Both the position numbers and the translations under genes were made by a program. Source: Octopus vulgaris (lineage: Eukaryota). From it: a stretch of 64,000 nucleotides of DNA. The stretch covers positions 27,466,001 through 27,530,000 of the forward strand of contig OX597823.1 in the NCBI GenBank assembly GCA_951406725.2, in the 5' to 3' direction. Of the stretch, positions 27,151-40,419 are shown piece by piece. How positions within the stretch are numbered: the first letter of the stretch is position 1; each line of letters opens with the position of its first letter. The notes beneath the pieces were generated by a model. It worked only from the letters and a program-made list of their open reading frames with translations. It ran no database searches and had not been told where the DNA came from.

Positions 27151-28807
27151 TTTGTTAATTTGTTCTCTACGTGCACAAAGCGAGAAAATGAAAATGCAAA
27201 AATATCGATGTTAGTCCAAGACAAAACAAAAGAATAGAGCAATGAGAAAAGCTGAACAGATTTCATAAGGCGAGTGGCAGTGGGAGGGGGATAACAGAAC
27301 GGAAGAGAGGGGAACATTGAGAAAGGAAAAATGTAGAACGGAGATGGAGAGGGAACCAAAGATCGAGTGAGTAGAAATAAAGAAATTGTGTGAGAGAGAG
27401 AAAAAAACAGAAAGAAGAAAAAAACAACAGGAGTCACAATGAATTAACAAAATCAAAAACCAAAAAGCACGAGCTGTGGTGAGAAACGTGATGTGTAAGT
27501 TGCAAGTAGATACAGGAAAGGATACGAAAGAAGAACACGAATATATGAAGGGAACAACCAGAGAATTTTCCCTTCACCAGCTTTTGAATTTAAGGAACAC
27601 GCAGTTTTAGGCGTCGACGATAAAACTGCTTCTCATTAGACCATGCCATCAGAGCAAGAAGATTGATAAGGATTCATCCAGTGAAGAAGAAGCAAAAAGG
27701 GACAGAGGAAATATAGTTAACTACTTCGCGGTGGACAGAGATAATAACAGAGAGGAAACAGGTAGATAAACTGCATAATTATATATTAAAATTTTTTTTT
27801 TTTTTATTTGGTTTCTACGAAGCATTGAAAAATTTGCGAATGCGAACGAAGGCATAATTAACAATTCAAAGAAAATTCCCCTCAGAGGAGAAAATTAACC
27901 AGAATCCCCTACAGAACTCAGAACATGGAGGTCCGCAGTGAGTGTCACTACACCATGAAAATCATGACAAGCTGAGAACACCTAAATTAAAAACTTTAAC
28001 TGTACAAAAGAGGATTAAATTTGTTTTGGTTTGTTTGTTGTATAAAGAAATTTGAAAGAAGCTGCTGAAGTACAAATTAAAACGGGTAATACTTGTAATT
28101 TAAACAAAACAATCGCAGGTTGTAGCGGCTTTACTGCTGTCCAGTAATTGGCAGGAACGTGGTTCAATTTCCGTAGGTGGATCTGGTCATTTTTCTACCC
28201 AAGCCTTAGATCTAAACCTTAGGTTATAAGGGGTATTTTTAACCATTACATGACGAACTGTAATTTATAGTTTCATTCACAGTTGATGAGCTTCTTGAAA
28301 AGACTTTCAAATTTCTCGATGTTACAAACAAACCAAATAAAATTTCTATATTTTCCCACTTGTACAGATAAAGCTTCTAATTCTAATGTTTGACCGTTGT
28401 ATATGCGTCTATCAGTTTAAATTTGAGTATACATCTGCGTCCTGTACTTTTGTGTGCGTGTGTGTGCAAGTTTATTTTTATGTGTAAGCTGTCCATTACT
28501 AACTTTTTGTAATTTCTGAAATTAGCCGTTTTTATTTCGTTCTATTTTTCACTTTGATTTCTCAATTTTTTAAAAATCCATTTAAATTTTGTGTGAGTCT
28601 ATAGATGTGTAAGTATACTAATGCAACCAGATACACACATATACATCGTGCATACATACATACATACATACATACATACATACATACATACATACATACA
28701 TACATACATACATACATACATACTTACATACATTCATACATAAATACATGTATACTATCTATCCATCGATCCATCCATCCCTCTATGAATATATATATAT
28801 ATATATA

Positions 28808-29060
28808 TTTCAAATTTACAGAAAACAAAAGGCAGGTGAGAAAACAACAGGTGTATTAGTTTGGCGCTCGGAAATAATGGAAAATTCTTTGACGGTTTGA
28901 ACCTACGCTCTTCGACAGAAAGGATTGAGAGGGAAAATGGAGAAAGAACAAAAAAAAACATACGGAGCGAGGAAAATCGTGTAGGGATCAATGCTCCAAC
29001 AATGACGAAATGACTGGAAGGATGAGGCTGAAGGGAAGTGAGTTTTTGTTGATTAAATAT
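28808..29060 (-). mobile_element. Penelope-like element terminal repeat
   Basis: Reverse complement matches 37760-37910 (cctttctgt.gaagagcgtagg.tc.aa..cgt and ctaatacacctgttg). Confidence 0.7.
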
Positions 29061-31019
29061 GGAGGTGTGTTACTGTTACGAATCCAGTTATACACGTAGA
29101 ACTTTGTTATCAGGTGTGTCTTTTTAGGCAAAGCATCTTCATGACTTGGGGATGATTTTTAGGGGTTCACTTAAGAACTTAGATTGGGAGAAAGGGTCGT
29201 TAGTATATGTATAACAATGTTTTGGTAGTTGCTAATGTTTTTAGGACACAAATAGGAGATTTAACTTGTTTTGGAAAGGAATGTGGAGGTTATAGTTCAG
29301 AGTTCAGTCCAGCATGTAATTAGCGTGTAATTCGTAAGTAGAAGTGTCAGTTTCAGATTACGGAGATTTTAAGGGTTCACAAGTTGGTCAGTAGATTTTT
29401 TTACTAGTTGTAGGAATCATTTAGGAGCATAAATCTGTTTGTTATAGAAACAGAATCGCCACCATTTTCAAACCACGTGTGCTCATTAAAACTTCACCTG
29501 CCTCATAGGGAATTGTAAACTCACAAAAATGCCATTACCTGATCACGAGACAATATGGTGCAAGGAGAATAGCTGTATGATTTCCTAAAAGACAGAAGTC
29601 AGATCGTTGTAGCCAACAGTACCCTCTCTGAAGAATAAATTTATCAATACTAAAGATGACAAATGTGAAGTCATTAGTGTTTGTAATAGTTCAGCTGGAG
29701 TTTTACTGATATGAAGATATAAAAAGTAGTTAAACGCTCCAGAGATATAAAACATCTTACAAAAGAACATTGATATTGAATACAGATGGTCAGAAGATAA
29801 CCAGGAATAAAACTCTGTTAAGTTTTGAGTGTTTCCTTATCAGTCCTTTAATACACAACACCCTGATCCAGAAAGAACTGCCATGCTAAAATAATATATT
29901 GCTCCGGTTCTTGGAGTTGTAATGAGTAGAAACGTGTAGATGTTATGAAAATAATAAAATCATGCCAAAGATTGGCAGGATGGATTATAAGAGCACTCGG
30001 AATAAGGACACACGGGGTTATGCTTATTCTCTGCAAAACATTATACATCCAGAGACCAAAAACAAGGGTACCTCCTTACTTTTAATCATCGTCTTGATTA
30101 CTGCTCCTTAATATGGTTATCATAACCTGTCAAGCTCAGTATTGAACCGTCGGGAATCCAAAGTACTACACAAATAAAAGACTTATTTTCTACAGTAAAT
30201 GAGTAACTAAAAGAGGGTCAAAATCTTTGAAGTTGCTGTTCCTTGGAACAAAAAAAATAAGGGAACGACTTGTAGATATATATCACGAAATTGTTGGAGC
30301 AAATGGTGTCTTCCTTTGGTATTCAAAACTATGCAATTCGAAGAGATGTCATTTCGTAAATGTAAGAAATCAGCCTACACCTTTTTTTGAATGAGAGCAA
30401 TGCTACCACAAAAGCCTGAGTTTCAAGGACCACATCTCTTCAATAATCGCCCGTAAAAAGATAAGAGGCATGCATGAAGAAGATATTAGCAGATAATCTT
30501 TGAATGAATTTCCATCTTGCTAACAGAGACAAATAAATGAAGGATGCAGCATCAAACACCCTCATATATCGAATACTGAGTACAATGTCTTAACAAATAT
30601 TATGGCAGTGTACAAGAATGGCCTCATACATATGGCTGAAGCTGGAGAATAAAAGAAAATATACACACATAAATTTATTTGTATGTATGTAACCTCAAAC
30701 TTATACATATATGTGTGTGTGTATGTATGTATATTAAATCATATATATTTTACATCCCTATATACATATATCGAATTGTATATTTATTCATTTATTTCAG
30801 TTAGTAATGCTACAGACATAGATTTATTGAGCACTTTAGATTTCTACTTTTAGATACTTTTATGGCATATTTTGAAATAAAATCACACACGCGTTCTCGC
30901 GCACATACACACGTGCGCTCCCATACAAACGCATGCGCACACACATACACCCTGACACTCTATACATACATACATATACTGAACGTGAAAGACAAAAAGA
31001 GTGGGGAAGAGATATACGA

Positions 31020-31053
<34 letters not shown>

Positions 31054-31084
31054 GCGTGCGCGTGTGTGTGAATTTATATGTGCA

Positions 31085-31120
<36 letters not shown>

Positions 31121-31124
31121 CACG

Positions 31125-31180
<56 letters not shown>

Positions 31181-31508
31181 TTTCTTTCAGCTTTGTTTTG
31201 AATCGTTTTTTTTTTTTTTTTCGGGTTATTTTTTCCTAATACTGAAATAGGCAATGATTTGATTTTGCGCAAAAATCAGATTTAAAATGCCATGATTTTT
31301 AATTCTAACATACGTAGGCTGAAAACACCGGTAACGGTAAAAATGTAGTTACATATAAGTACAAAAACATATATATAGTTATTATTATTATTATTGCATT
31401 TCTTAATGCATTTTATAAATGTTTTATCCATTGTTTTCTTTAAGCTATTAACAAATATAAATTCATATATTTTATCTTTTATTACTTATCTTTATTACTT
31501 TAGCATTT

Positions 31509-31565
<57 letters not shown>

Positions 31566-31952
31566 GTTTGTGTGTGTGTGTGTATACATGTGTTTATGTA
31601 TTATGTATGTGTGCGTATATATTCGTCTGTCAGCGTGCATACGTGTATGTATTTGTATTGCTTGCGTATAACTTTAGGTGTCTGCCTTTCTGTTTGTTTT
31701 TATGTCGTTCGTCTCTAACTTTTAGAAATTTCTGAAAACTAAAATTTTCATTTGTTTACTTTTTAACTTTACTCGGTGATTTTTCAGTTTTTCAATACCA
31801 ATTTTTAATTGAGCACCAGACTTTACATATACACAGATACACCCACTCACACACACACACGCACACACATACACACACGCGCGAGCCACCACATATACAC
31901 ACACTACAAATACATAATATTTACATTTGTTTACAAATACATAATATTTACA

Positions 31953-31997
<45 letters not shown>

Positions 31998-32400
31998 AGG
32001 CGCAGGAGTGGCTGTGTGGTAAGTAGCATGCTATCCAACCACATAGTTCCGGGTTCAGTCCCACTGTGTGACATCTTGGGCAAGTGTCTTCTGCTATAGC
32101 CCCGGGCCGACCAATGCCTTGTGAGTGGATTTAGTAGACGGAAACTGAAAGAAGCCTGTCGTATATATGTATATATGTATATATATATATGTGTGTGTGT
32201 ATATGTTTGTGTGTCTGTGTTTGTCCCCCTAGCATTGCTTAAAAACCGATGCTGGTGTGTTTACGTCCCCGTCACATAGCGGTTCGGCAAAAGAGACCGA
32301 TAGAATAAGTACTGGATTACAAAGAATAAGTCCCGGGGTCGATTTGCTCGACTAAAGGCGGTGCTCCAGCAGTCAAATGACTGAAACAAGTAAAAGAGAG
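31998..32400 (+). mobile_element. SINE family A, full length
   Basis: ggcgcaggagtggctgtgtggtaagtagc head, internal (TA)/(TG) tract, tail ...aatgactgaaacaagtaaaagag. Confidence 0.9.
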
Positions 32401-32407
32401 TAAAAGA

Positions 32408-32445
<38 letters not shown>

Positions 32446-32459
32446 ATACATATATCGTA

Positions 32460-32658
32460 GCACTCCATCGGTTACGACGACGAGGGTTCCAGTTGATCCG
32501 ATCAACAGAACAGCCTGTACAGCAGGGTTCGCCGGAGATTGTGGAGCTTTAGGTGTTTTCGCTCAATAAACACTCACAACGTCCGGTCTGGGAATCGAAA
32601 CCGCGATCCTCCTACGATTGCGTGTCCGCTGCCCCAACCTCTGGGCCATTGCGCATCC
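32460..32658 (-). mobile_element. SINE family C variant, internally deleted
   Basis: Head matches 62983-63110; tail (caactggaaccctcgtcgtcgtaaccga) matches 52660-52705. Confidence 0.8.
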
Positions 32659-32750
32659 ATACATATATACATACAAACATAAATTAAAAAAACATTTAGA
32701 TAGATTAGATAAATAGATAAACAGACAGACAGACAGATGATAGATATATA

Positions 32751-34702
32751 TGTTTCTTTATTAGCCACACAGGGCTGCACACAGATAGAACAAATTACAA
32801 GGTAGAGCTTTTCTTTTGAAGGTTTAAAAAAAAAAAAAAAAGGAAGGGGGAGTTTCGATCAAAAGGGATCGTCGTAAAAGGAGAGAAAGAGGACAAAAAA
32901 AAGGGGGTTAAAAAAAGGGGGAGAGGAAAAAAAAAATTGATCAATAGGGATCGTTATCACAGAAATGTCAATATGAAGTGTAAAGGGGAGGACAGGTGAG
33001 GTTTACCCGTGGAAAGAAAAGCCTACGGAAAAGACCACGGTAACCTCGGTCAATGGAGTCACATGTTATATTTCTTTTTTTTTTTTTTTTTTTTGCGAAT
33101 AAGCAACTCTCTGTTTTCAATTTCTGGGTTCATAGGATCATGCTCAAGGTGGCTTCGTCATTCATACGTGCCATTCTTGCTACATTCACTCATCTTTTTT
33201 TAAAACATTCGCTAGACAAAACTTGCTTCTCTACTCTCACTTTCCTTTTCAAGTGGTACTTGAAGAAGTTGATGAGAGATTGACCAGAGAGGAAAGTGTT
33301 TGTCTCCAATCCTTTCAGACGCGTCCACCAGATACATTCCTTCGCCATAGCCACAAGGATGATGAAAATAGCTCTTCCTTCCCGTTTGAAGGAGGGAGGC
33401 GTGATAATATTGACGATAGACTCAGCTGATAAACCGACTCGTCCCACACGTGACAGCAGTTGTTCGACATAAGCCCACAGGTCGGAAATTGTTGGACACT
33501 GCACGAGTGCGTGCAGAACGGTTTCGTCGCTCTGACCGCATCTCGGGCAGGTCGGCCCCGTGTTTCTCGAGCCGTGTCTGTAGAGCTTATCTCGAACGGG
33601 TAGCGCTTCTCGGTAGCACTGCCAGGCCAGGGATCTCTGGAAGTTGTCCATGGGCCCTGGCCCGAAAGTCGTCCTGAACAGGCGGGTCAGGTACTCCTCG
33701 TCGACGTCCAGGTTCGCCCCGAACTCGTCGTCGTACCTCCCCTCCACTAAGCCCCTATAGAATGCTTTGGTTGTGTTGAAGTCACTCAAGGTCAACCCAG
33801 GACGGCAGAGTTGCTTGAGAGAAACGCGACACTCGCGGTGCCATTCGCCCTTCTTCGGCCTCTTTTTGATCCACGACTGCAGTTCGGTCATGGAGACGAG
33901 CTGCGGGAAAGCGTGCCTCACGAACGGCGACCACACCTGTTCACCGTCGTCTACATAGAGCCAGAGATGTCGCAGTCTCAGCGCGTGTCTGCGCATCATC
34001 AACCACGGCATGCCCAGCCCTCCTTTTAACGGGTGTTGACAGCAAATGGATCGCCTGACCATCGGGACGCATCCTTTCCACAAGAAGCGAAAGAGGATGC
34101 GTTGTAGTTTGGTGATGGTAGGGTCGGGACAAGGTACGACGGTCAGGCGGTAGTAGATGACGGACGCGATGTACGTGTTCGCCACCTCCGCCCGACCTTT
34201 TAGGGACAGTTTCCTCTCGGCCCATTGCCGGGCGAGAGTGACCACCCTACTCGTTATCTCGTTCCAGTTCTTCTCCACTTGGAGGTCCGGACCAAACCAG
34301 ACCCCGAGCAACTCAACCGGGCCGTCGGTCCAGCGTCCCACGACGGAGGCGCTGGTGGACGGCATGGGCTTGCTTCTCCAGGTGCCTAGTCGCAAGCCCA
34401 CTGACTTTTCCCGGTTGATTTTCGCTCCTGTCACCGCTTCGTAGTTTTTCAGTGTCTCGCCGACCTGCTCGATGTGCTCGTGGCTAGACACTATGACGGT
34501 GACGTCGTCCGCGTATGCAGACACGCTCGTCCCGCATCCCAGTTCTCGCGGGATGCCTCTCAAGGTTGCCAGCTTCCGCAATAATGGCTCGAGAGTCAAT
34601 ACGTATAGAAGCGACGAGAGGGGGCATCCTTGACGGACCGAACGTGCGATGTCGAAGGGTCTCGATAGATGTCCATTCACGCGAATTACCGAACGGATGC
34701 CT
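32751..34702 (-). mobile_element. 5'-truncated, young Tx1/L1-clade LINE (RT C-terminus, zinc finger, 3' UTR)
   Basis: Uninterrupted 496-aa ORF (33190-34680) with SVRQGCPLS, YADD, LGVWFG, GGLGMP and CPRCGQSDETVLHALVQC. GC-rich relative to flanks, T-rich 3' UTR ending AATAAAGAAACA, flanked by GATA/GACA arrays. Confidence 0.95.
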
Positions 34703-34735
34703 TAGATGGATAGATAGATAGTTAGATAGATAGAC

Positions 34736-34873
<138 letters not shown>

Positions 34874-35218
34874 ACTTTATTAAAAAGTAGCAGGTTCTCG
34901 CTCGACGGACAGTTTTGTTAGAAACCTGAAAACTCTGAGTAACAGTTTTCGTGATATTTTTGCTGCATTTTAATAAAGTACATATATATATTGTAAATGT
35001 AATTATAAGCTTTCACTGTGTATTGACTATAGAAAATAATGTAATATTAGGGCATATGTACACTCAACGGGAAAAAATTAGCACACCTACTAATGCCCAC
35101 TTTTTTTTACGTCAGGGGTTTAGAAGCCCTAAAATTATAATAAAGCATATTACTATACCTCTGGTACTCGAGTACTAGTTTTTCCACCTTACTTCGCATT
35201 AATGTGCTTACTCTGGTG

Positions 35219-35310
<92 letters not shown>

Positions 35311-36076
35311 CTTGATCTGTCCCCTTCTCTCTCTTTTCTCTCTACTCATCCTCTTTTTCTCTTCTCTTTCCTCTGATTCTTTGGTCTACTCTTCCCCTAC
35401 CCTTCCATTTCTTTGTCTCGCTTTGCACTCACAGGTCAATCTTCGACACCCATCCCTTCTCCTCTCTGATTCCTTCTTTCTCTCTCTTCTCTCCCCTTGT
35501 TGCGTTTGTCCCTCCTCTCTCTCTCTCTTCTCTCTCTCTCTTCCTTCCTTTGCTTCTCTTTCTTTTCTTTTCTCTCTTCTCTGTCACGTGACCGCTGGCC
35601 GAAATCTGTCTCTCAGCTTCCGACTAGCGACGTGTTAACATCGTTGTTTTTCGTCCGCCGCCAAGGCATCGCCGATAAGGCTCCTTTCCAAAATGCGCCA
35701 GAGAAAATTTGTTTGCTTGTTATTAGTCGTAAGACACTTGTTGTTTTCACCGTTAATGCTTCTGTATTTCATGTTTCTGTATTCCATTATTGTTTTTTGC
35801 CTTTTATATTCGTCCTTTTTGCTGTCCCGGTGTTCGTATGCATTCGATCCTTCTTCCAGGAAATCTACGCTCCCAGCTTAGTTTTTCTAATGCTCGTTGC
35901 TTAGTTTTTCTTGGAGGGCTGGCCGGATCTAGTAATCTCAAGATTAATCAGCCGAAATTACTACGATGATCCGGTTCTTGACTGAAGACTGAGGGTTTCG
36001 AATGTCCTGTCCGTGTTTATTGTATCGTCTTCTAAGAGTTATACGTTCTTGTCCATGTTGTATTTTTCTACATACC

Positions 36077-36119
<43 letters not shown>

Positions 36120-36582
36120 CATACATACATACATACATACATACATACATACATACATACATACATACATACATACATACACACGTACCCACACTTTCTA
36201 CCTGTCTCCACTTCCTTTTTTCTGCCTGAATTCTTTATAGTCATACATATGTACAATTTGTATTAACATACATATATATTTCATGTATGCGTGTACTTAT
36301 TTAAATAGGGATTTATCTTGTGTCCATCTTTAGACACATATATAGATATAAAATGATCAAAATCTACATATACTTGAGAGTGGCTTTTACTCTTCCACCT
36401 CGATGCCGCATTTTGGTGATGTTTCCCATGTGCAGTAATCCTTCACCGTATCGCGGTTCACCAATCGCGGATATTTGCTTTATATTACTCGTGTGCCGAT
36501 TCTGGCCATACGAAAGGAACAAATAATACAATGTAGCTGTAGGTCATAACAGACGGGCAACGCCGGGGTGCATTGCTAGTAT

Positions 36583-37907
36583 GTGCCTCTCCATTCTCCG
36601 AGCTTTCCGGCATCTCCAGTCCGACACGTCTACTTTACACATCTTCCCTAACCGGCCCCTCCCCTCCTCCAAACGACCCCACAACCTACGAGACCTCTTG
36701 GTTCACAGCTCCTTCCCCAACCTGGCTCGTTCCCCTGCTCCTGCCCACGATGCCGCACTTGCCCTTACCTCTCCAGCAACACCCTCCTCACTAGCACCCA
36801 TCATCGACCCTATCGCATCACCGACTCCATCACCTGCACTTCTACCAATACCATCTATTGCATCTCCTGCTCTCTCTGCCATTCTCTGTACATCGGACAA
36901 ACGGAACGCCGCTTGGCTGATCGGTTCGCGGAACACCTCCGAGACATATGCCTCGACAATGACACCCCGGTCTCACGCCATTTCCGCTCTACCGGTCACT
37001 CTTTGCAACACCTATCCGTGTTCGTATTGTCCTTGCACAGAGGCCATCCGGACTCTCGTTTGCGCCGTGAACAGGGATTAATCTTCTCTCTTCGCTCCTT
37101 TGTGCCACATAGGTTCAACTCTCCTCCCCTCTTCATCTAACCTCCTCCCCTTGCCTCTTTCCCCTCCCTCCTACTTCCTCCCACCCACCTCTCCTCTCTT
37201 GCTCCGACTCCTACTTCTCTTCACCCCTACTCTCTTTCTCTCTTCCCTCTTACTTTCTTTCTCTCTTCTCTCATACCCACCTTCTCCTTCCTCCCTTCAT
37301 CGACAACCCTCCCTCATAAGCCCACGCCACACCTATCCATTCTTGCTCCACCTTCCCTATCCTTCCCATCCCATTCCTTATACCCTCTCCCACACACCCC
37401 AACTCTACTCCAACCATCAGCCTAACCCACACTCCACCCGTGCTTTCCCTACTCTCGCCTCCCCCACCTCCCAACAGCATCACACCACACCATACTACAC
37501 CATGCCACAGAACACATCACAATATACCACCACCCACACACCAGCACTGACCAATTCCCATCCCCACATTTTCACGCCTATACATACACACACGCACACG
37601 TCAAGACCACCAGCCCTCTTTCACACGTACATACGTACTCTCTTACACACGCGCACACCTTCGTTTTGGGATTACATTTACTTTGTTATCTCCCCTACTT
37701 CTTCGCTCTCCTGTGTGACCCTTCTGTCTGGCTATCGCCATGATAGATCGGTAGCCACTACACATATTTTTTTTCTCTCCTTGTTTCTGTGTCCCTTTCT
37801 GTGGAAGAGCGTAGGCTCGAAACGTAAAAAACTTTTTCAATTCCCGTATACTAATACATCTGTTTGTTTTCTACACCACCTGTCTTCTTCTGTTTTCCGT
37901 GAATTCT

Positions 37908-37910
<3 letters not shown>
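36583..37910 (+). mobile_element. Penelope-like element 3' part (Cys linker, GIY-YIG endonuclease, 3' terminal repeat)
   Basis: KRPHNLRDLLVHS, one frameshift, then GSFPCSCPRCRTCPY...TCTSTNTIYCISCSLCHSLYIGQTERRLADRFAEH...VSRHF...RLRREQGLIFSL to the stop at 37140; hammerhead-like motif at 37795-37830. Confidence 0.9.
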
Positions 37911-37964
<54 letters not shown>

Positions 37965-38425
37965 CTTCCAGCAGTTGTGATCATACTGTCATCAGTATGA
38001 TCATAGCTGTCCGACAAACGGGTTCGTGAAACTCTGAGTAAAAGTCAGTCAAGATATTTTCAGCTTTAATTAAAGTATTTTACTCTACGTCAGTATTTAA
38101 GTACGATGTTTTCCACCTATTGCTTACTCGTGTATGTGTGTGTGTGTTCGTGTGCGTGTGTGTGTGTATCTACGTATGTATGTAGGGATAGATAGATAGA
38201 TAGATATTATATATGTATATCTATATCTCTGTGTTACCTTCGTCTGTGGACACTGCTCACAGACCTGCCTTTCCCATATTGGACTTGTCAGTCATGAGCG
38301 TGCATGCACGCGACGTGGACAGCCTTCCTGATCTTCGTTCGCGAAGCCAAGCCATGCTATGCCATATCTATGTATATATGTATCTATCTCGCTCTATATA
38401 TATATATGTGTGTGTGTGTATGTCT

Positions 38426-38462
<37 letters not shown>

Positions 38463-39167
38463 AGCGTGCGTGTGGGCGTGAATGTGAACACGTGTGTGTT
38501 TATACGTAAAACGTTATACTAATGTCTATATGTATATGTGTGCGGTTATGTTGGGATCATAATTAAGTGTAAGTGTGTGTATATGGAAACCACTTCACTT
38601 TAGTGTGTGTATTTCTGTATGTCTGTCTGTTCGTCGTTTCGATGGGACTGTACGAGGAATGAGGTGGGTGGGTTCATAATGTAGAATTCATTATACGAGT
38701 TCCCAATCTAAATGCTAATGTGACCGTGAAAGTCATTAAATCGTTGACCATCGTTCAACGGGCAACGCTTTGATCAATGTAATAACTTCCAACCGACTTC
38801 CTTTTGACTTTATTTAGTTTTGATTATCGTCTATGTCTTTTATTAGGATTAATTCTCTTAAAATTTATAAAAGATGTCAATCAAAAGGTTCAAGAGTTCT
38901 TTCTATTTGCATATTGTAAATACGCCCAAACGAACTCATCTCGAATTTTTCGTTTGGTCGATCGTGCTTTCAACTCATAAGATTCTAAGAAGCAAATAGA
39001 CTACAGGATTATTATCAGATATTTCCCAGACATTGTGGCATGTATTGCACCACGTTTTATGAACTGCATAACATTGTATAAGATATGAAAAAAATATATC
39101 GTCCGTTTACGGAAACAATTGTAATGTCAATTTGACTTCTTTCCTCATTTGAATTATCACTTATATA

Positions 39168-39296
39168 CGAGGGGTGAAGGAAAAGTTTTGAACCGTCAAG
39201 GCATTTGAGCCTTGAAGACTTGTACCTTCATCAGAAGTATTGTACCATGTTTTGATTTTATTTTTTTGAGGTTCAAGACTTTTCATACAGCCCTCG
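39168..39296. mobile_element. Mariner-like MITE (129 bp)
   Basis: TA|cgaggggtgaaggaaaagttttgaacc ... ggttcaagacttttcatacagccctcg|TA. Confidence 0.8.
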
Positions 39297-39458
39297 TATA
39301 TATGTGTGCGTGAGTGTGTGTGTGTGTGTGTGTATGTGTGTGTGTGTTGAGATTATAGCCTCTTACGCCTAAAATACACAGCCATCCGACAAACTGGCAA
39401 CACGCACAATTCGTGTATGTGTATTCGGCTTTGTTTATATACCTCGAGCTGCTTTTAA

Positions 39459-39531
<73 letters not shown>

Positions 39532-39600
39532 GACCGCATGCGTATCGTTGGCGATTTTTTTCCCTTCGTCTTCCCTTCCTTAGATCTTTCCTTTTCCTAT

Positions 39601-39635
39601 GTTTCTGACGAAGAGCTCCGCTCGAAACGTTAAGT
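39601..39635 (+). ncRNA. Minimal type I hammerhead ribozyme motif in a PLE-type terminal repeat (about 39530-39735)
   Basis: GUUU-CUGACGA-A-GAGC(UCC)GCUC-GAAA-CG-UU-AAGU: intact core, 4-bp stem II, palindromic ACGU stem III. Confidence 0.6.
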
Positions 39636-40027
39636 CCTCCTTTCTTTCCTTCCCTGAGCGTCCAATAATACTATACTTGTTCCACGTTCTCGCGTTGTGT
39701 TTTCTCTTTGTGTTTTCACGTTTGGATTAACTTTATATAGGGCTAAAACATTTTAAAAACATTTTTAAGGATTTATATGAAAAAACAAGTCAAGATAGAA
39801 AATGCTAAAATAATTTTATAAAGAACATGTCAGTACCGGTTTCAGTCATTTGAGACCTTTTCAACTGTAACGATTAAATAATTAAATTTAGAAAAATTAA
39901 AAGAAAAGTTCTTTTAAAAGAATATTTGTAGAGTGATCAAATACAAGTGGCATTTTCCTTGTTTCTGCCATTCTCTGTCTATCTTGTTTACACTTGTGGG
40001 TTCGAGGTCGTTATGAATTCTTGGTAG

Positions 40028-40140
40028 GGAAGAAGAAGAAGAAGAAGAAGAAGAAGAAGAAGAAGAAGAAGAAGAAGAAGAAGAAGAAGAAGAAGAAGAA
40101 GAAGAAGAAGAAGAAGAAGAAGAAGAAGAAGAAGAAGAAG
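40028..40140. repeat. (GAA)n microsatellite
   Basis: Pure GAA run of about 37 units. Confidence 0.97.
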
Positions 40141-40172
40141 GGGAGGAATTTGGGAGTGCCTTGATTGTCGTA

Positions 40173-40417
40173 TTTTGAGTGGTCAGTGGCGGCTACCAGT
40201 TGCTGTTCAATTCATGAGAATATTTCTATTGAAAGGTTTGTTTATAGAATTTGCGTAGGTGTTATACTAAATAAAACCTACGCAAATTCTATTTATTTAG
40301 TATAACACCTACGTTTTATTTAGTATAACACCTACGCAAATTCTATAAACAAACCTTTTAATAGAAATATTCTCATGAATTGAACAGCAACTGGTAGCCG
40401 CCACTGACCACTCAAAA
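40173..40417. repeat. Long inverted repeat, 105-bp arms
   Basis: 40173-40277 is the reverse complement of 40313-40417 (1 mismatch); 35-bp spacer. Confidence 0.95.
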
Positions 40418-40419
40418 CA

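Noticed and set aside
29900-30400. Additional RLE-LINE remnant (KIFEVAVPW)
   Set aside because: A single weak motif, too degraded to call.
37100-38029. 309-aa Pro/Leu/Ser/His-rich ORF
   Set aside because: Low-complexity, pyrimidine-rich 3' region of a Penelope-like element.
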